Source of the DNA: Ginkgo biloba
Taxonomy: Eukaryota > Plantae > Ginkgophyta
DNA: 21,499 bases
Reading direction: 5' to 3'
NCBI GenBank assembly: GCA_024626585.2
Contig: JANKJI020000002.1
Span: 102,556,054-102,577,552, forward strand
Part shown: positions 9,141-20,245 of the stretch, piece by piece
Layout of the letters: every line of letters starts with the position of its first letter
Numbering within the stretch: the first letter of the stretch is position 1
The notes under the pieces: generated by a model
Seen by the model: only the letters and a program-made list of their open reading frames with translations
What the model was told of the DNA's origin: nothing
Databases searched by the model: none
Position numbers and translations under genes: made by a program

Positions 9141-12100
9141 TAATTTGTTTCATCACCTCTTGTTTTAGAGGTTTCCATTTGCATTGGACACGTAACCCCT
9201 CCATAGAACTCCCATTGCATGAACATTTTCTTCCTTGCGGTTTGGTCCAAAAGTCATGCATTTCCACTTGTTTTGATATGGGATGAAGTTTTGACCTCTA
9301 TCTACCAGTTTTTCTCTCAAGCTCAATTGGACTATCACATTGATCATCGCCATTCTAGCCATCATCTTGTTTATTGTGCATCCATTGTAATTCATGGATT
9401 GGAGTTGAAGTTGTCCTATGGCATGTCTTTGTGATGTCCTAAATCGCAGAAGATATATACCTCCTCTCTAAAGTAGGTTCTTACCAATGTCCAAATAGGA
9501 TGTCAAAGTATTTGTATATAATGGTTTCAAGAAGAAGATCAAGCATTGCATAGTGGCACTTGACCTCATTGGATCGTCCTTGATGCTAGACACTAGAGTT
9601 TGGGTTTATGTTACCCCCTTGGTGGCAATAACAAGCGTACGTGAATTTACATTTGTGTTGTCTCCTTGTTGGCCATACTTAAAGAGTGTAAATGTCCAAA
9701 TAATCTCATGTTTCTATTGTTTGCGGGGTCCACTCCATCTACATGATGAAAAATGTGGACCGCATGCATAGTGATGTGCATATGACTTCAATCCTATGTA
9801 TACAATTGCTCCCAAGATTTGACCTCACGACCTACCCATGCTTGTGAGCTCACATGTGAGCAGTCTACTATGTTGCATACAATCAATTTCATTTCAATTC
9901 TTGTCACATTGCACAACAAAATTGTCTAGTTTCCTATCAGAATTGACAGATAACTAGGCGGTTTTGCTCGACCTATCTACTAGACAAGTGTGCCCCCTTA
10001 CTTCCTTCTCGATCATGATTATAGAATTTTCATCACGGATCCCAATATTGGATCTACTTTCAACTCGCTTCAAAATTTTGTTCTTAGCAAGTAGAACAAG
10101 TTGCTCTCTTTCATCTCTAATCAAGGATTCAAGTTGATCAAGCCATTATTATGTTAAGAAGTGATGTTCTTTCTTATCAAAGGTTCAATGTTGGTTCTCG
10201 AGGCCCTCAGTCTCTACAACCAAGAGTTTTCAGTATGTACCAATGCTCTATTGCTTTCTATTAAAACATAATTTTATGAACTTCTAAAAGGGGGTTATAA
10301 CCCGATTTGTTTTCTCCCTTTTACCACTAGCATTGTCAATATAGCATATACAATGGACCGAAAAAAGGATGATAACCCTTTTTTGATGGAGAACACTATC
10401 TCAATGGGCTCGAGGGTGAATCCAATAAGGATTTCCACTTCTATCTCTTCTCTTCCTTTCATTTCTCTCCTCAGACAATAAAACCGTCCAACGCCCATGA
10501 CTCGAGTAAACTCCTAGAGGATGATTATGGAAATGAATACCAAATAGCGGCTATGTATAAATCCAATAGAATGGGCCCACATAAGCACATTCCTTGCTTT
10601 TGGGAAATGCCTCACCTACAACGTCGACATCCATACTCTATGCCACTGATCATTGACTTTTGTTTGTAGGATGAATGTCCACTAGCATGCTTCAAAGAAT
10701 TCACTATCTTCTTGAAAACCTCTGCACTCTTATTCTTCTTCATTTTCCCCATTCAAGCACTCTTTGAGAGGTTACAATTGACTTCTCTCAACTATGGAGG
10801 ACCTATTAGCCTGGTAAGTTCTGAAAGAAAATAACATGTGGAAGCAACAGAAATGAGATGGGAACTTGANNNNNNNNNNNNNNNNNNNNNNNNNNNNNNN
10901 NNNNNNNNNNNNNNNNNNNNNNNNNNNNNNNNNNNNNNNNNNNNNNNNNNNNNNNNNNNNNNNNNNNNNNNNNNNNNNNNNNNNNNNNNNNNNNNNNNNN
11001 NNNNNNNNNNNNNNNNNNNNNNNNNNNNNNNNNNNNNNNNNNNNNNNNNNNNNNNNNNNNNNNNNNNNNNNNNNNNNNNNNNNNNNNNNNNNNNNNNNNN
11101 NNNNNNNNNNNNNNNNNNNNNNNNNNNNNNNNNNNNNNNNNNNNNNNNNNNNNNNNNNNNNNNNNNNNNNNNNNNNNNNNNNNNNNNNNNNNNNNNNNNN
11201 NNNNNNNNNNNNNNNNNNNNNNNNNNNNNNNNNNNNNNNNNNNNNNNNNNNNNNNNNNNNNNNNNNNNNNNNNNNNNNNNNNNNNNNNNNNNNNNNNNNN
11301 NNNNNNNNNNNNNNNNNNNNNNNNNNNNNNNNNNNNNNNNNNNNNNNNNNNNNNNNNNNNNNNNNNNNNNNNNNNNNNNNNNNNNNNNNNNNNNNNNNNN
11401 NNNNNNNNNNNNNNNNNNNNNNNNNNNNNNNNNNNNNNNNNNNNNNNNNNNNNNNNNNNNNNNNNNNNNNNNNNNNNNNNNNNNNNNNNNNNNNNNNNNN
11501 NNNNNNNNNNNNNNNNNNNNNNNNNNNNNNNNNNNNNNNNNNNNNNNNNNNNNNNNNNNNNNNNNNNNNNNNNNNNNNNNNNNNNNNNNNNNNNNNNNNT
11601 TAAAAGAACAAGATGCTATTTACACATAATACATAATGATGGTTAAAAAAAATGGGTCTAGCTCAATGCCAAGAAATGCAAAGGAATGAGGAGAAAGATT
11701 AACTGACAACTAAACGAGCTAAGAAAAAGAAAGGGGTTGTTACTAAAATCAATATGTTGGTAGAGCCAGGCCTTATGATTCCGTAATGAGCATAAGCTAG
11801 GGTGGGAGATTCGGTATTGATTGAAACAATGACTGGAAAGGGGGAGAGTTCCTTTAGCACACCCTAATTGGATGATATCCTTAGACCAATCACAGAGTAA
11901 AATATTCTCTAATCACAAAATCTTTTATCTTCAACAAAAAAGCTAGATGAATTAAAAGGTTTATGATAATTTGATTAAGCAACACAAAGCTTCACCACAA
12001 GAACTACGGCATAACCAGAAATGAATGCAGAGAATTTGTTTGCTTTCTATTAATCACTTCAAAACTTTCCTGCTAATGGGGCGATTACAATCAACTTACT

Positions 12101-12755
12101 ATTTAAAAATCCAACTTTTCTTTTATAACAAAATAAAAAACTAAGTCTCAAAAGGAAAAATTCTAAGAGAGAAATGTAGAGAGAGTCAAAGGCCCATGGG
12201 GTGCGTGGCAAGCAAGGGGAGGGTGATTGATTATCAAAAAGTGCAAGGAGGAACAAATGACAGTTGGGGTGGGTTACAAAGAGTGAGGGACTGTATCCAA
12301 TGAGAATGTGGGGCGGTGTTGAATAATAAGGCAAATGGAGGGAGGGTCATCGATGGTTCATCATCTTTGGAAACTTCATTGCTTTTATGGAAGCTTACAA
12401 GATGCTGATATACAAAGTCTAAACATCAAATTTCAAGAAAACTGTACGCAAATCTAAATTCAATTTTTCCTTCTCCATTATCAGTTGATACATGGCTCCA
12501 TGGATTTGAAAGCTAGAAAGAGCAAATTGAGAAATTTTCAGAGTGTCAATGACAACTATTTACTATTGATGACTATGTTATTCAACAAAATTCAAGTTAC
12601 TATGAAAGAACAAAATTCTGAAGGTCAACTTAATTCATTGTAGGGAGATTTTTTTTCCTAAAGCACAGATGCACAGAAAAAAAAACTTTCATGCATAGCA
12701 ATCTTTCTAACCACCCATGTTTTGTGTGCCTATTTCTCATTCCTGTGTGTATATA

Positions 12756-12759
<4 letters not shown>

Positions 12760-12788
<29 letters not shown>
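12760..12788. repeat. (GA)14 microsatellite preceded by short TG/TA repeats
   Basis: Directly visible, next to an assembly gap. Confidence 0.95.
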
Positions 12789-12792
<4 letters not shown>

Positions 12793-12923
12793 NNNNNNNN
12801 NNNNNNNNNNNNNNNNNNNNNNNNNNNNNNNNNNNNNNNNNNNNNNNNNNNNNNNNNCTATATTTGAGGTTTCTTCTACAAAGGTAAATTCAAATCCCCA
12901 TTTCTCATGTTAAAATCTATATC

Positions 12924-13037
12924 AAAGGATAAGTAGTCTGTAGAGACTACTCACTGTCAATATCTCCCATGAGAGTTGAACACCAACCAAACTGGTTAAG
13001 AGCCGGTTGTTCTTCACCATTTGGACCACCCCTTGGG
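12924..13037 (-). mobile_element. tRNA-Lys(CTT)-derived SINE
   Basis: Minus strand reads CCCAAGGGG TGGTCCAAATGG (A box) ... GGCTCTTAACC (identical to the plant tRNA-Lys CUU anticodon arm as I recall it) ... GGTGTTCAACTC (B box), then a 3' hairpin AGTAGTCT-CTAC-AGACTACT. There is no acceptor stem. Confidence 0.7.
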
Positions 13038-13058
13038 AACAAAATTTGATACCTTTTA

Positions 13059-13158
13059 GAATCATGCCAATGGATTAGCTAAACAAGCCTAAGGTTGCAA
13101 GTCCAAATAGAAGCACACCCAATAGATCAACTGTTTCACCATTGAAGTACACCTTGAG
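13059..13158 (-). mobile_element. Second degenerate SINE-like unit flanked by 21-bp direct repeats
   Basis: Head CTCAAGGTGTACTTCAATGGTGAA resembles the neighbouring SINE head; direct repeats 13038-13058 and 13159-13179 are 19/21 identical. Confidence 0.5.
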
Positions 13159-13254
13159 AACAACTTTTGATACCTTTTAAATTTTAANNNNNNNNNNNNN
13201 NNNNNNNNNNNNNNNGACTAGAAGCACATCCATTCATACAATTTTCTAAAACGT

Positions 13255-13410
13255 GACTTTAACCAATATCATAAGACGAAGGACAAATAGTCCAAAGGAA
13301 GGCCACTGTCCAGCATATATCACAAAAATTGTTTTTCAACGACGAATTCAAACCTTAGTTTATTGTATATGACAGTCCATCACAACTATTGAGCATCGAA
13401 AGAGGGGCAT
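13255..13410 (-). mobile_element. Third possible tRNA-derived SINE
   Basis: A-box-like TGCTCAATAG (13395-13386) and B-box-like GGTTTGAATTC (13354-13344), spaced about 31 nt; boundaries approximate. Confidence 0.4.
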
Positions 13411-14130
13411 CCCATATGTGAAACGAGTCAGCAAACAACCTTTTTGAAATACTTCATACAGAACCCAATGACAAATTATATATCATTAATCCTTGATTTC
13501 TTTCTTTGGGGTACAAGTGAGGGATGCAATATGAATGTACTTCAATATTTGGTCAGTGTTTAGGATGCATTTGAAAACAAATGCCAGTCACTGACCTGGA
13601 TCTATGCACGCTGATTTTCATGGACTAGGGGACAAAGCGTGTACAGAATGAAACAGCAAAAATTACTTGGGAACAACCGAACAACAAAGAAACCATGCTC
13701 ACAAAATCAATAAATCCGATACCACCGACAAATAAAATTGTAGAATGTAAATGCCAACTTATGTCCCAAGCATCTGGCTTCCATACAAATTGTCTGTCAT
13801 TATGATACCACTTCCTTGACATATTAACAATCAATACAATTGGTTTCCACCTTACCATTTAAGAATTTTGTGTATTTAGTGTTACATTCAACAGATCGGT
13901 TTATCCATAGATACACGTCTCAGGGTTAAAATTGCCATGGTTGCCTATGATCCAGACTACTTGCCTCACGAGAGGCCTTCAACAATCTAAATGGAACAAA
14001 TTTAAACTTCAATGTTACATTAATCCAAGTAGAAACAACCTCCTTTGAGTTTGTTGAATACTCTGAAGGTGACAGCCTGCTCAGCGTCCATGGCTTCTTT
14101 TCAACATACTCATTGGCGGGCTAGAAGAAT

Positions 14131-14204
14131 TCAAAGTGCAGCTGACATTAGGAAGGAGCGAATTCGTTGCAAGAGTTCAGCCTTAACACTATCAGGAACT
14201 GAGG
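14131..14204 (-). CDS. ENY2: Transcription and mRNA export factor ENY2/SUS1, last coding exon (upstream exons not visible in window)
   Basis: Acceptor gtgaacag|CC TCA GTT CCT GAT AGT GTT AAG GCT GAA CTC TTG CAA CGA ATT CGC TCC TTC CTA ATG TCA GCT GCA CTT TGA gives (A)SVPDSVKAELLQRIRSFLMSAAL*, matching the conserved plant ENY2 C-terminus (GRASVPDSVKAELL.RI..F..SAAL). Phase-1 acceptor. Confidence 0.93.
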
Positions 14205-14749
14205 CTGTTCACATGGACCACATAATGAAAATAATTATTTGCTTCATATTCTACACATGCGATTAAATGGAAATAAATCATAACAGAAACCCAATTGACA
14301 GCGGTTAAAAAGTAAAATAGCATTAAAAGCATGTAATATGAATACCCCAGAGTCCACTCCAATAAAAGAATGAATATCTCAATAGACTCAGATAAACAAG
14401 GTCCACATCAAAATTGTTATGTAAATATATTTTATCCCACAATGTATTCCAATCTCTTTGGTAAAGTATACTCCATTCTCATTCAACAAAAGTGAATGTA
14501 CAAAAGTTAAATGATAACCACGATCATAGCAACATCTTCAAAATCTCTGAAATTCACAATAAAAAAAAATCCTATAAAAAGGGGTAAAATACAGTACGAT
14601 ACATTTCTTTTCAGAATAAGAAAANNNNNNNNNNNNNNNNNNNNNNNNNNNNNNNNNNNNNNNNNNNNNNNNNNNNNNNNNNNNNNNNNNNNNNNNNNNN
14701 NNNNNNNNNNNNNNNNNNNNNNNNCCAAAAGAACCTGGTGCCAACAAAC

Positions 14750-17035
14750 ATTGTAAGATCATTGGGGTTACCTATGATGCCACATCCATAGCCTTGTGTA
14801 CTGCATTGGATGCATAGTTTGTAATGTGGTTCCTCTTAATATGATGTTAGGCAAGCCATATCTATGGCAAAGAGATGAATTACATAGAGACTAAATCCAT
14901 CAATACAAAATTGTAAAGAATGATCAAGCATATACTACTAATGTTTGTGATTCTATTATTGATTTATCATTAGTGACTCCTACCCTAGCAAAACATTTGG
15001 TATAATCAACTCAAAAGCATGTGCTTTTGATGGTAAGACCTTAAACCTCTCCTAATCCAAGCACGGAAATGACTGTCCAACAAATTTGTTTCAAGAATGA
15101 AGCCCAAATGATGCAATTGGATAATTTATTGCAGCAATATTAAGATATTATTAAAGAGCCTAAAAGCATTCCACCTAAGAGACATGTAAAGCATTCTATA
15201 GATCTTGTACCTAGATCTCCATTGCCAAATGGCATATTTTATCGTGGCTCTACTCTTCAAGATGAAGAGATGAAGTGAGTGCAAAATATAAGCCCTAGTG
15301 CCTCACCATGTGGCTCACCGCTATTGTTGATGCCCAAGAAAGGTGGTATTTAGAGGATGTGTATCGATTATAGGGCTCTCAACAAGATTACTATTAAGAG
15401 CAAAATACCCACTTCTAAGAATCAATGGCCTCTTGGATCAACTTTAAGGAGTGAGGTATTTCTCAAAGAATGACTTGAAGTCTGGTAATCATCAAGTTCA
15501 AGTGAAGGAAGTAGATTCTTGGAAGGCCGCAATCAAAATAGAATAAAGATTATTTAAATGGTTGGTTATGCCTTTTGGCTTCACCAATGCACCTACTACT
15601 TTTATGAAATTAAGTAATGATGTTTTGTATCCATTTATAAACAAATTTGTTTTTGTGTATTTAAGATGACATCTTGATTTTCAACAATACTTGGTCAAAA
15701 CATGCTAAGCGTGTTGAAGCAATGTTGCAAGCTTTAAGGGCTAACCAATTACATAATTTGGTAAAGTGTCCATTTGCCATGAAGAAAATTGCTTACTTGG
15801 GGTATTTTGTTGATGAACATGGAGTTCATATTGACCCATCAAAAATCAAGACTTCACTGGAAAGGCCTACTCCTACAAACCTGTTAGAGCTACAAATCTT
15901 CTTAGGGCTAGCAATTTTTTATCAATGGTCCATCGTATGTTTCATCTATGAATATTGGCATTTGAATCAACACACTAGAGGAGGCAACAACTCTATATGG
16001 ATTACGAAACAACAAGAGGCATTTGCAAATCTCAAGAAGAGACTATGTTTAGCCCATATGCTCGCATTACCAAATTTGCAACAACCTTTTAAGATTCAAG
16101 TGGATGTTTTAGATTATGCATTTGATGTCGTACTTCTACAAGGACATCTAGTAATAATGCAATGCAAAAATATTCTATGTATGAAAAACGAAATGTATGT
16201 TATTATCCAATCCATCAAGCATTGGAAGCACTACCTTCTTAGTAAGGAAATAGTAATACATAGTAACCAGAAGCCATTATCTCTCTTACAATCTCAAAGT
16301 AGGATTACTAATACTAGACACACTAAACGGGTTATGTTTTTACATTAAATTCATATTGTAATTAAATATGAGAAGGGTTCTACAAATCTAGTTGAAATCT
16401 TGAGTAGACCTCTAGTTGTTTCCTTGCTTAATATAATGGATACTCGTGGGATGATCAATATGAGCATGATGCAATTTTTTTTAGATTTATATTACATTTG
16501 GAAAGAAGCAATATGTGCAGGATTACTATGTTGTTGATGGGCATTTGTATAGGTTGGGATGCCTTTGGGTTCCTAATGGANNNNNNNNNNCATGAACTAT
16601 GTTGATTTGTGAAGCACATCAATTCAAAGTGGTTGGGCATTTTGGTGTGTGGAAGACTTTATGCATTCTGCAACAGCATTATTATTGGATTCGTTCACAA
16701 GTTGTAGAGTTACACTTAAAGTCATGTATTGCTTATTCCATTGCTAAACTAGCTAATCGAAAGTAAGGTAAATACTTACCATTACCGACACCACCTCATC
16801 CATAGTAGTCCATTGCCATGGATTTTCTAGGTGGGTTGCCAACCACTAAGCATCAGCATGATAATGTATTTGTAGTAGGTAGATTTAGCAAGATGGCCAT
16901 TATGGTGCTATGTAAGAAGGCCATTACATCTCCAAAAATAGGAAAGTTATTCTTTGAAAAGGTCTAGTTGTACTTTGACTTACCACTTTCTATTGTTTTT
17001 TATCTTGTTACAAGAATTTTCATGCATTTTTGGAA
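14750..17035 (+). mobile_element. Degenerate Ty3/gypsy pol (protease end, RT, RNase H, integrase), antisense within the ENY2 intron
   Basis: CNVVPL..LGKPYLW; IPPKRHVKHSIDLVP; SPCGSPLLLMPKK..RMCIDYRALNKIT; [13 protein letters not shown]; frameshifted YLDDILIF (~15658-15682); IQVD..DYA; KHWKHYL; GHFGVWKT; SIAMDFLGGLP; RFSKMA. Confidence 0.92.
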
Positions 17036-18215
17036 TTTGTTAGAATATTAATGCTTCCTTTAATATTTACTCAATGGAATTTATGCTCACCTTTCTAACT
17101 TGACTCACCTAAGTTAGAATAATGTTATTATGTTGAGGATCATGCACTTCACCCCCTCTGCAGTTTATGAACGTGAGTGGTTGTGGTAGGCACAACCGCA
17201 TTTATTAAGTGCATTAAATGCCCTTCTACATCACAAAATGTGATGAATGTATTGTATTCCAATNNNNNNNNNNNNNNNNNNNNNNNNNNNNNNNNNNNNN
17301 NNNNNNNNNNNNNNNNNNNNNNNNNNNNNNNNNNNNNNNNNNNNNNNNNNNNNNNNNNNNNNNACTGTAGATGTTAATCAATAATCTAGTAAGGAAATAA
17401 TTGTTCTCTAATAAAGAAGATAAATAAAATCCCTATAATTACAGGACCTAGTAGAAAAGGAATCTCATTTTGGTGAGAAATTAAAGACCAATCAATTGAT
17501 ATAACAATCCAAAAGACTAATGTATAGAGTCAAAATTTCCTTAGGGAATATACTATAATTTACTAGATCCTCAAAATAAGATATCTAAGATCTTATCCCA
17601 CCCATATTCTCTCTAATATCCTTGGGGTAGGAGATGAATTAAATTAAGATGAAGGTAGATCATATAGTTGATGAAGATATCGTATCCATTACAAGATAAG
17701 TATCCTATATTCCTCTAGGAATATATGTGGGTGAGAATACCTTAGATACTATAGCAATTGATAAGGTCAAAGTGCTCCTGGGTAATGCACCACTATCCTT
17801 GGTGGATCAAATTCTTGGGCCCACTAGGGAATTGGAGGTACTAGGAAATGATAAATAATAATTAATGATTATTCCCTCTAGTGAAGATAAACTTGTCCTA
17901 GCTCCTCTTATAAGGAAATATGAAGAGAAACTTCCTAGGTTAGATAGGGAGGAAACTAAATAAAGATCAAATTAGGAAATTATATATATCTCTAAGGCCA
18001 CCCACATAGAAGAAGGATATTCCCCCATGCATCTAATCCATAATGAACATATTCTAGAGGTCATAGAACCATCAATGGGTCCTATAGAGTTTTACACTAT
18101 GACCCCACATGGATATCCATAAGTATGAATAACCCTCCCCTCCTCTATATATAGATAGCATGGATTTGCTCTACAACATGTTTTCTTAAGGGTTTTAAGA
18201 AAATGCCTGTTTGAC

Positions 18216-18315
18216 ACTCGCAATAGTCAATGGAATCTCCAACCCCTTGGACTCCCCTTGGTTGGAACTTGCGATAGTTAGTGGAGTCTCTAACCCTAGT
18301 TTTTACTCCCCTGGC
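18216..18315. repeat. Diverged two-copy tandem repeat, period about 51 bp
   Basis: actcgcaatagtcaatggaatctccaacccc...actcccct versus acttgcgatagttagtggagtctctaaccct...actcccct. Confidence 0.7.
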
Positions 18316-18399
18316 TTCTTTATCTCACTAGGCTGAACTACTTGGACAACAGAAGGAGCTCTCTACTTTAGGCTTCCATCAAATCGCGCATGTTCTAAA

Positions 18400-19260
18400 G
18401 GACATATTGAGAGGCCTCATCAGACTTTCTTTTGATTGCAATAATCTATCTACCCAAACCCCAAGGTAGAAGGTTGTTTTGGCAACAACTTTATACCACC
18501 AATCTAGGCCAATGGGTTTAGGTACTCAGATCTAAATTAAGTATGCTTTTAACACATGTTGAGCTGGCCAAATAATAAGCATTTGATTTGAAGGTCGTTT
18601 TATGCATTGGCATCCTAGCATCACCCTACAAGTCAAAGAAGGCAATGCAGTGATAATTTGAGAGGGGAGCATCAACAATCACATGCACTAGTCTGGTGAA
18701 ATCAGCGCCAAATCAAAAAGTACCTTGTTCTAAGAACATGACTATCAAACCTTTTGAGAACTCTCTCATTTTTGTCTCTAAAGTTCGACTCGGTGAACCA
18801 AGACTCCAAAAAATCAGCTTTCTTGTGGGTTAAAGACCCATGTCATATAAAATCAACCTCCCTTGTCAATGGGATTCCATCTTATTGGGAGGCCGCCCAA
18901 CTTGACTTAGGAGACTTTACCATATTAAAACTCATGAAGTTGGAGGAAGGCTTGAAGCAATCTTCTATTTCCACAGCAAAAACACTTTCCAAGGGTAAGT
19001 TGGAGGCATAGATGTTATCCTCAACAGCGCAATGTCAATGTTAAGAAATGACCCAAAATAGTCTATTTGTGAGGTCACATGCCCATGTGAACAAGCCTAT
19101 TTCAAGAGTGAGGTCTACATGAAGACAAAAGGAGTGTGAGCAGCAGTGAATGACCAATCCTAGCATTAAGGCTAGATAGGTCTGTCCAAGCTTGGAAAAA
19201 TTGAATACATATTTCCCTACCCTCACATTCCTCCGCCACTCTTCTCTCATCCCAGCCCAA
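18400..19260 (-). mobile_element. L1-type LINE ORF2 AP-endonuclease remnant
   Basis: Minus-strand motifs in the expected order: NIYASN (19016-18999; consensus NIYAPN), SFNMV (GDFN-like), WFTESNFRDKNERVLKRFD (18800-18744; FTWSN...RLDR-like, same frame), LSNYHCI (SDH-like), FKSNAYYL. Boundaries approximate. Confidence 0.7.
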
Positions 19261-20044
19261 CTCATTTAGGTCTAGTAAACTATAGGTCATATCACGTTGA
19301 CACTATTAATCAGTCAGATTCTGAACTTGTATACTATGAGAAAGGAAAAGCAAGTCATGCATTGAGATGAAGCACAAGCAGTATTGTGCAATTAACAGAA
19401 CAAAATGAAAAGGATAAAATTCAGAGTTGGAAGAATGCAACCATTGAATTAAAATTCAGAATACATCAAAATGGACTATATTAATTTTTTTTCTGATCAT
19501 AAGTATTTCAGATAGAATGAAGTGGGCAGCAAACAATCCTGACAATTGGCTCATTATACAAATGATATTCTACCCAATATGTTCAATCAGATAACAGAGT
19601 CACAGACCTCCAGGATGTTTCCTATTTCATGATTAGAACTGGTTACAAGTAATGTCTTCATCATTGACAACAAGCAAGGTAATAGAAACCTAATGTCTGA
19701 TGCCTGGAAATTATGATAGATCTATGATAAGATTTGCATGCCTCAGGCTCTTGGAAGAGACTTTTCTTTTCACCTGACACAACATTTTACCACCATTAAG
19801 GAACAACTGTGTTGGATACATCCACTATGAATGAGCAATCATGGACTTGATTTTCCCCAAGCAGGAACCTACANNNNNNNNNNNNNNNNNNNNNNNNNNN
19901 NNNNNNNNNNNNNNNNNNNNNNNNNNNNNNNNNNNNNNNNNNNNNNNNNNNNNNNNNNNNNNNNNNNNNNNNNNNNNNNNNNNNNNNNNNNNNNNNNNNN
20001 NNNNNNNNNNNNNNNNNNNNNNNNNNNNNNNNNNNNNNNNNNNN

Positions 20045-20245
20045 GGTTGGAACAAGATGTTCCATATTCATGTAGATGCATCCTTATTTGCAATTGGATG
20101 TGTTTTGACACAACCAAGTGAAGGTAATATTGATCATCTATTGTATTTTGCAAGAAACAAATTGACTCAGGCCGAACAAAACTATACAATCACCGAGTGG
20201 GAAGGCCGAACAAAACTATGCAAAAATTTTGGCATTATTTATTAT
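20045..20245 (+). mobile_element. Ty3/gypsy (non-chromovirus type) RNase H fragment
   Basis: WNKMFHIHVDASLFAIGCVLTQ..GNIDHLLYFARNKLTQAEQNYTITEWEG ... QKFWHYL. Confidence 0.85.

Noticed and set aside
10838-11629. Long ORFs spanning N runs (also near 2111, 4969, 8793, 14507, 17177, 19796)
   Set aside because: Artefacts of translating assembly gaps. Only the part of 19841..20254 after the gap is real TE protein.
11720-12360. PPT-like AAGAAAAAGAAAGGGG followed by TGTTAC, a possible LTR
   Set aside because: No partner LTR, matching end, TSD or PBS found, and orientation cues conflict.
12960-13037. Functional tRNA-Lys gene
   Set aside because: Anticodon arm is present, but the acceptor and T stems do not pair; better explained as a SINE head.
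13966-14120. Apparent minus-strand exons PANEYVEKKPWTLSRLSPSEYSTNSKE / IVEGLS*
   Set aside because: They lie just after the ENY2 stop (3'UTR). The linking intron would be only 53 nt, and in ENY2's phase this acceptor gives ARQ* at once.
14045-14266. 73-aa plus-strand ORF
   Set aside because: Antisense to the real ENY2 exon.
17364-18180. Repetitive-looking AT-rich block ending ...CTACAACA, possible LTR or TE
   Set aside because: Probably TE-derived, but I found no diagnostic motif, paired terminus or PBS.
18754-19011. 85-aa plus-strand ORF
   Set aside because: Antisense to the LINE endonuclease remnant.
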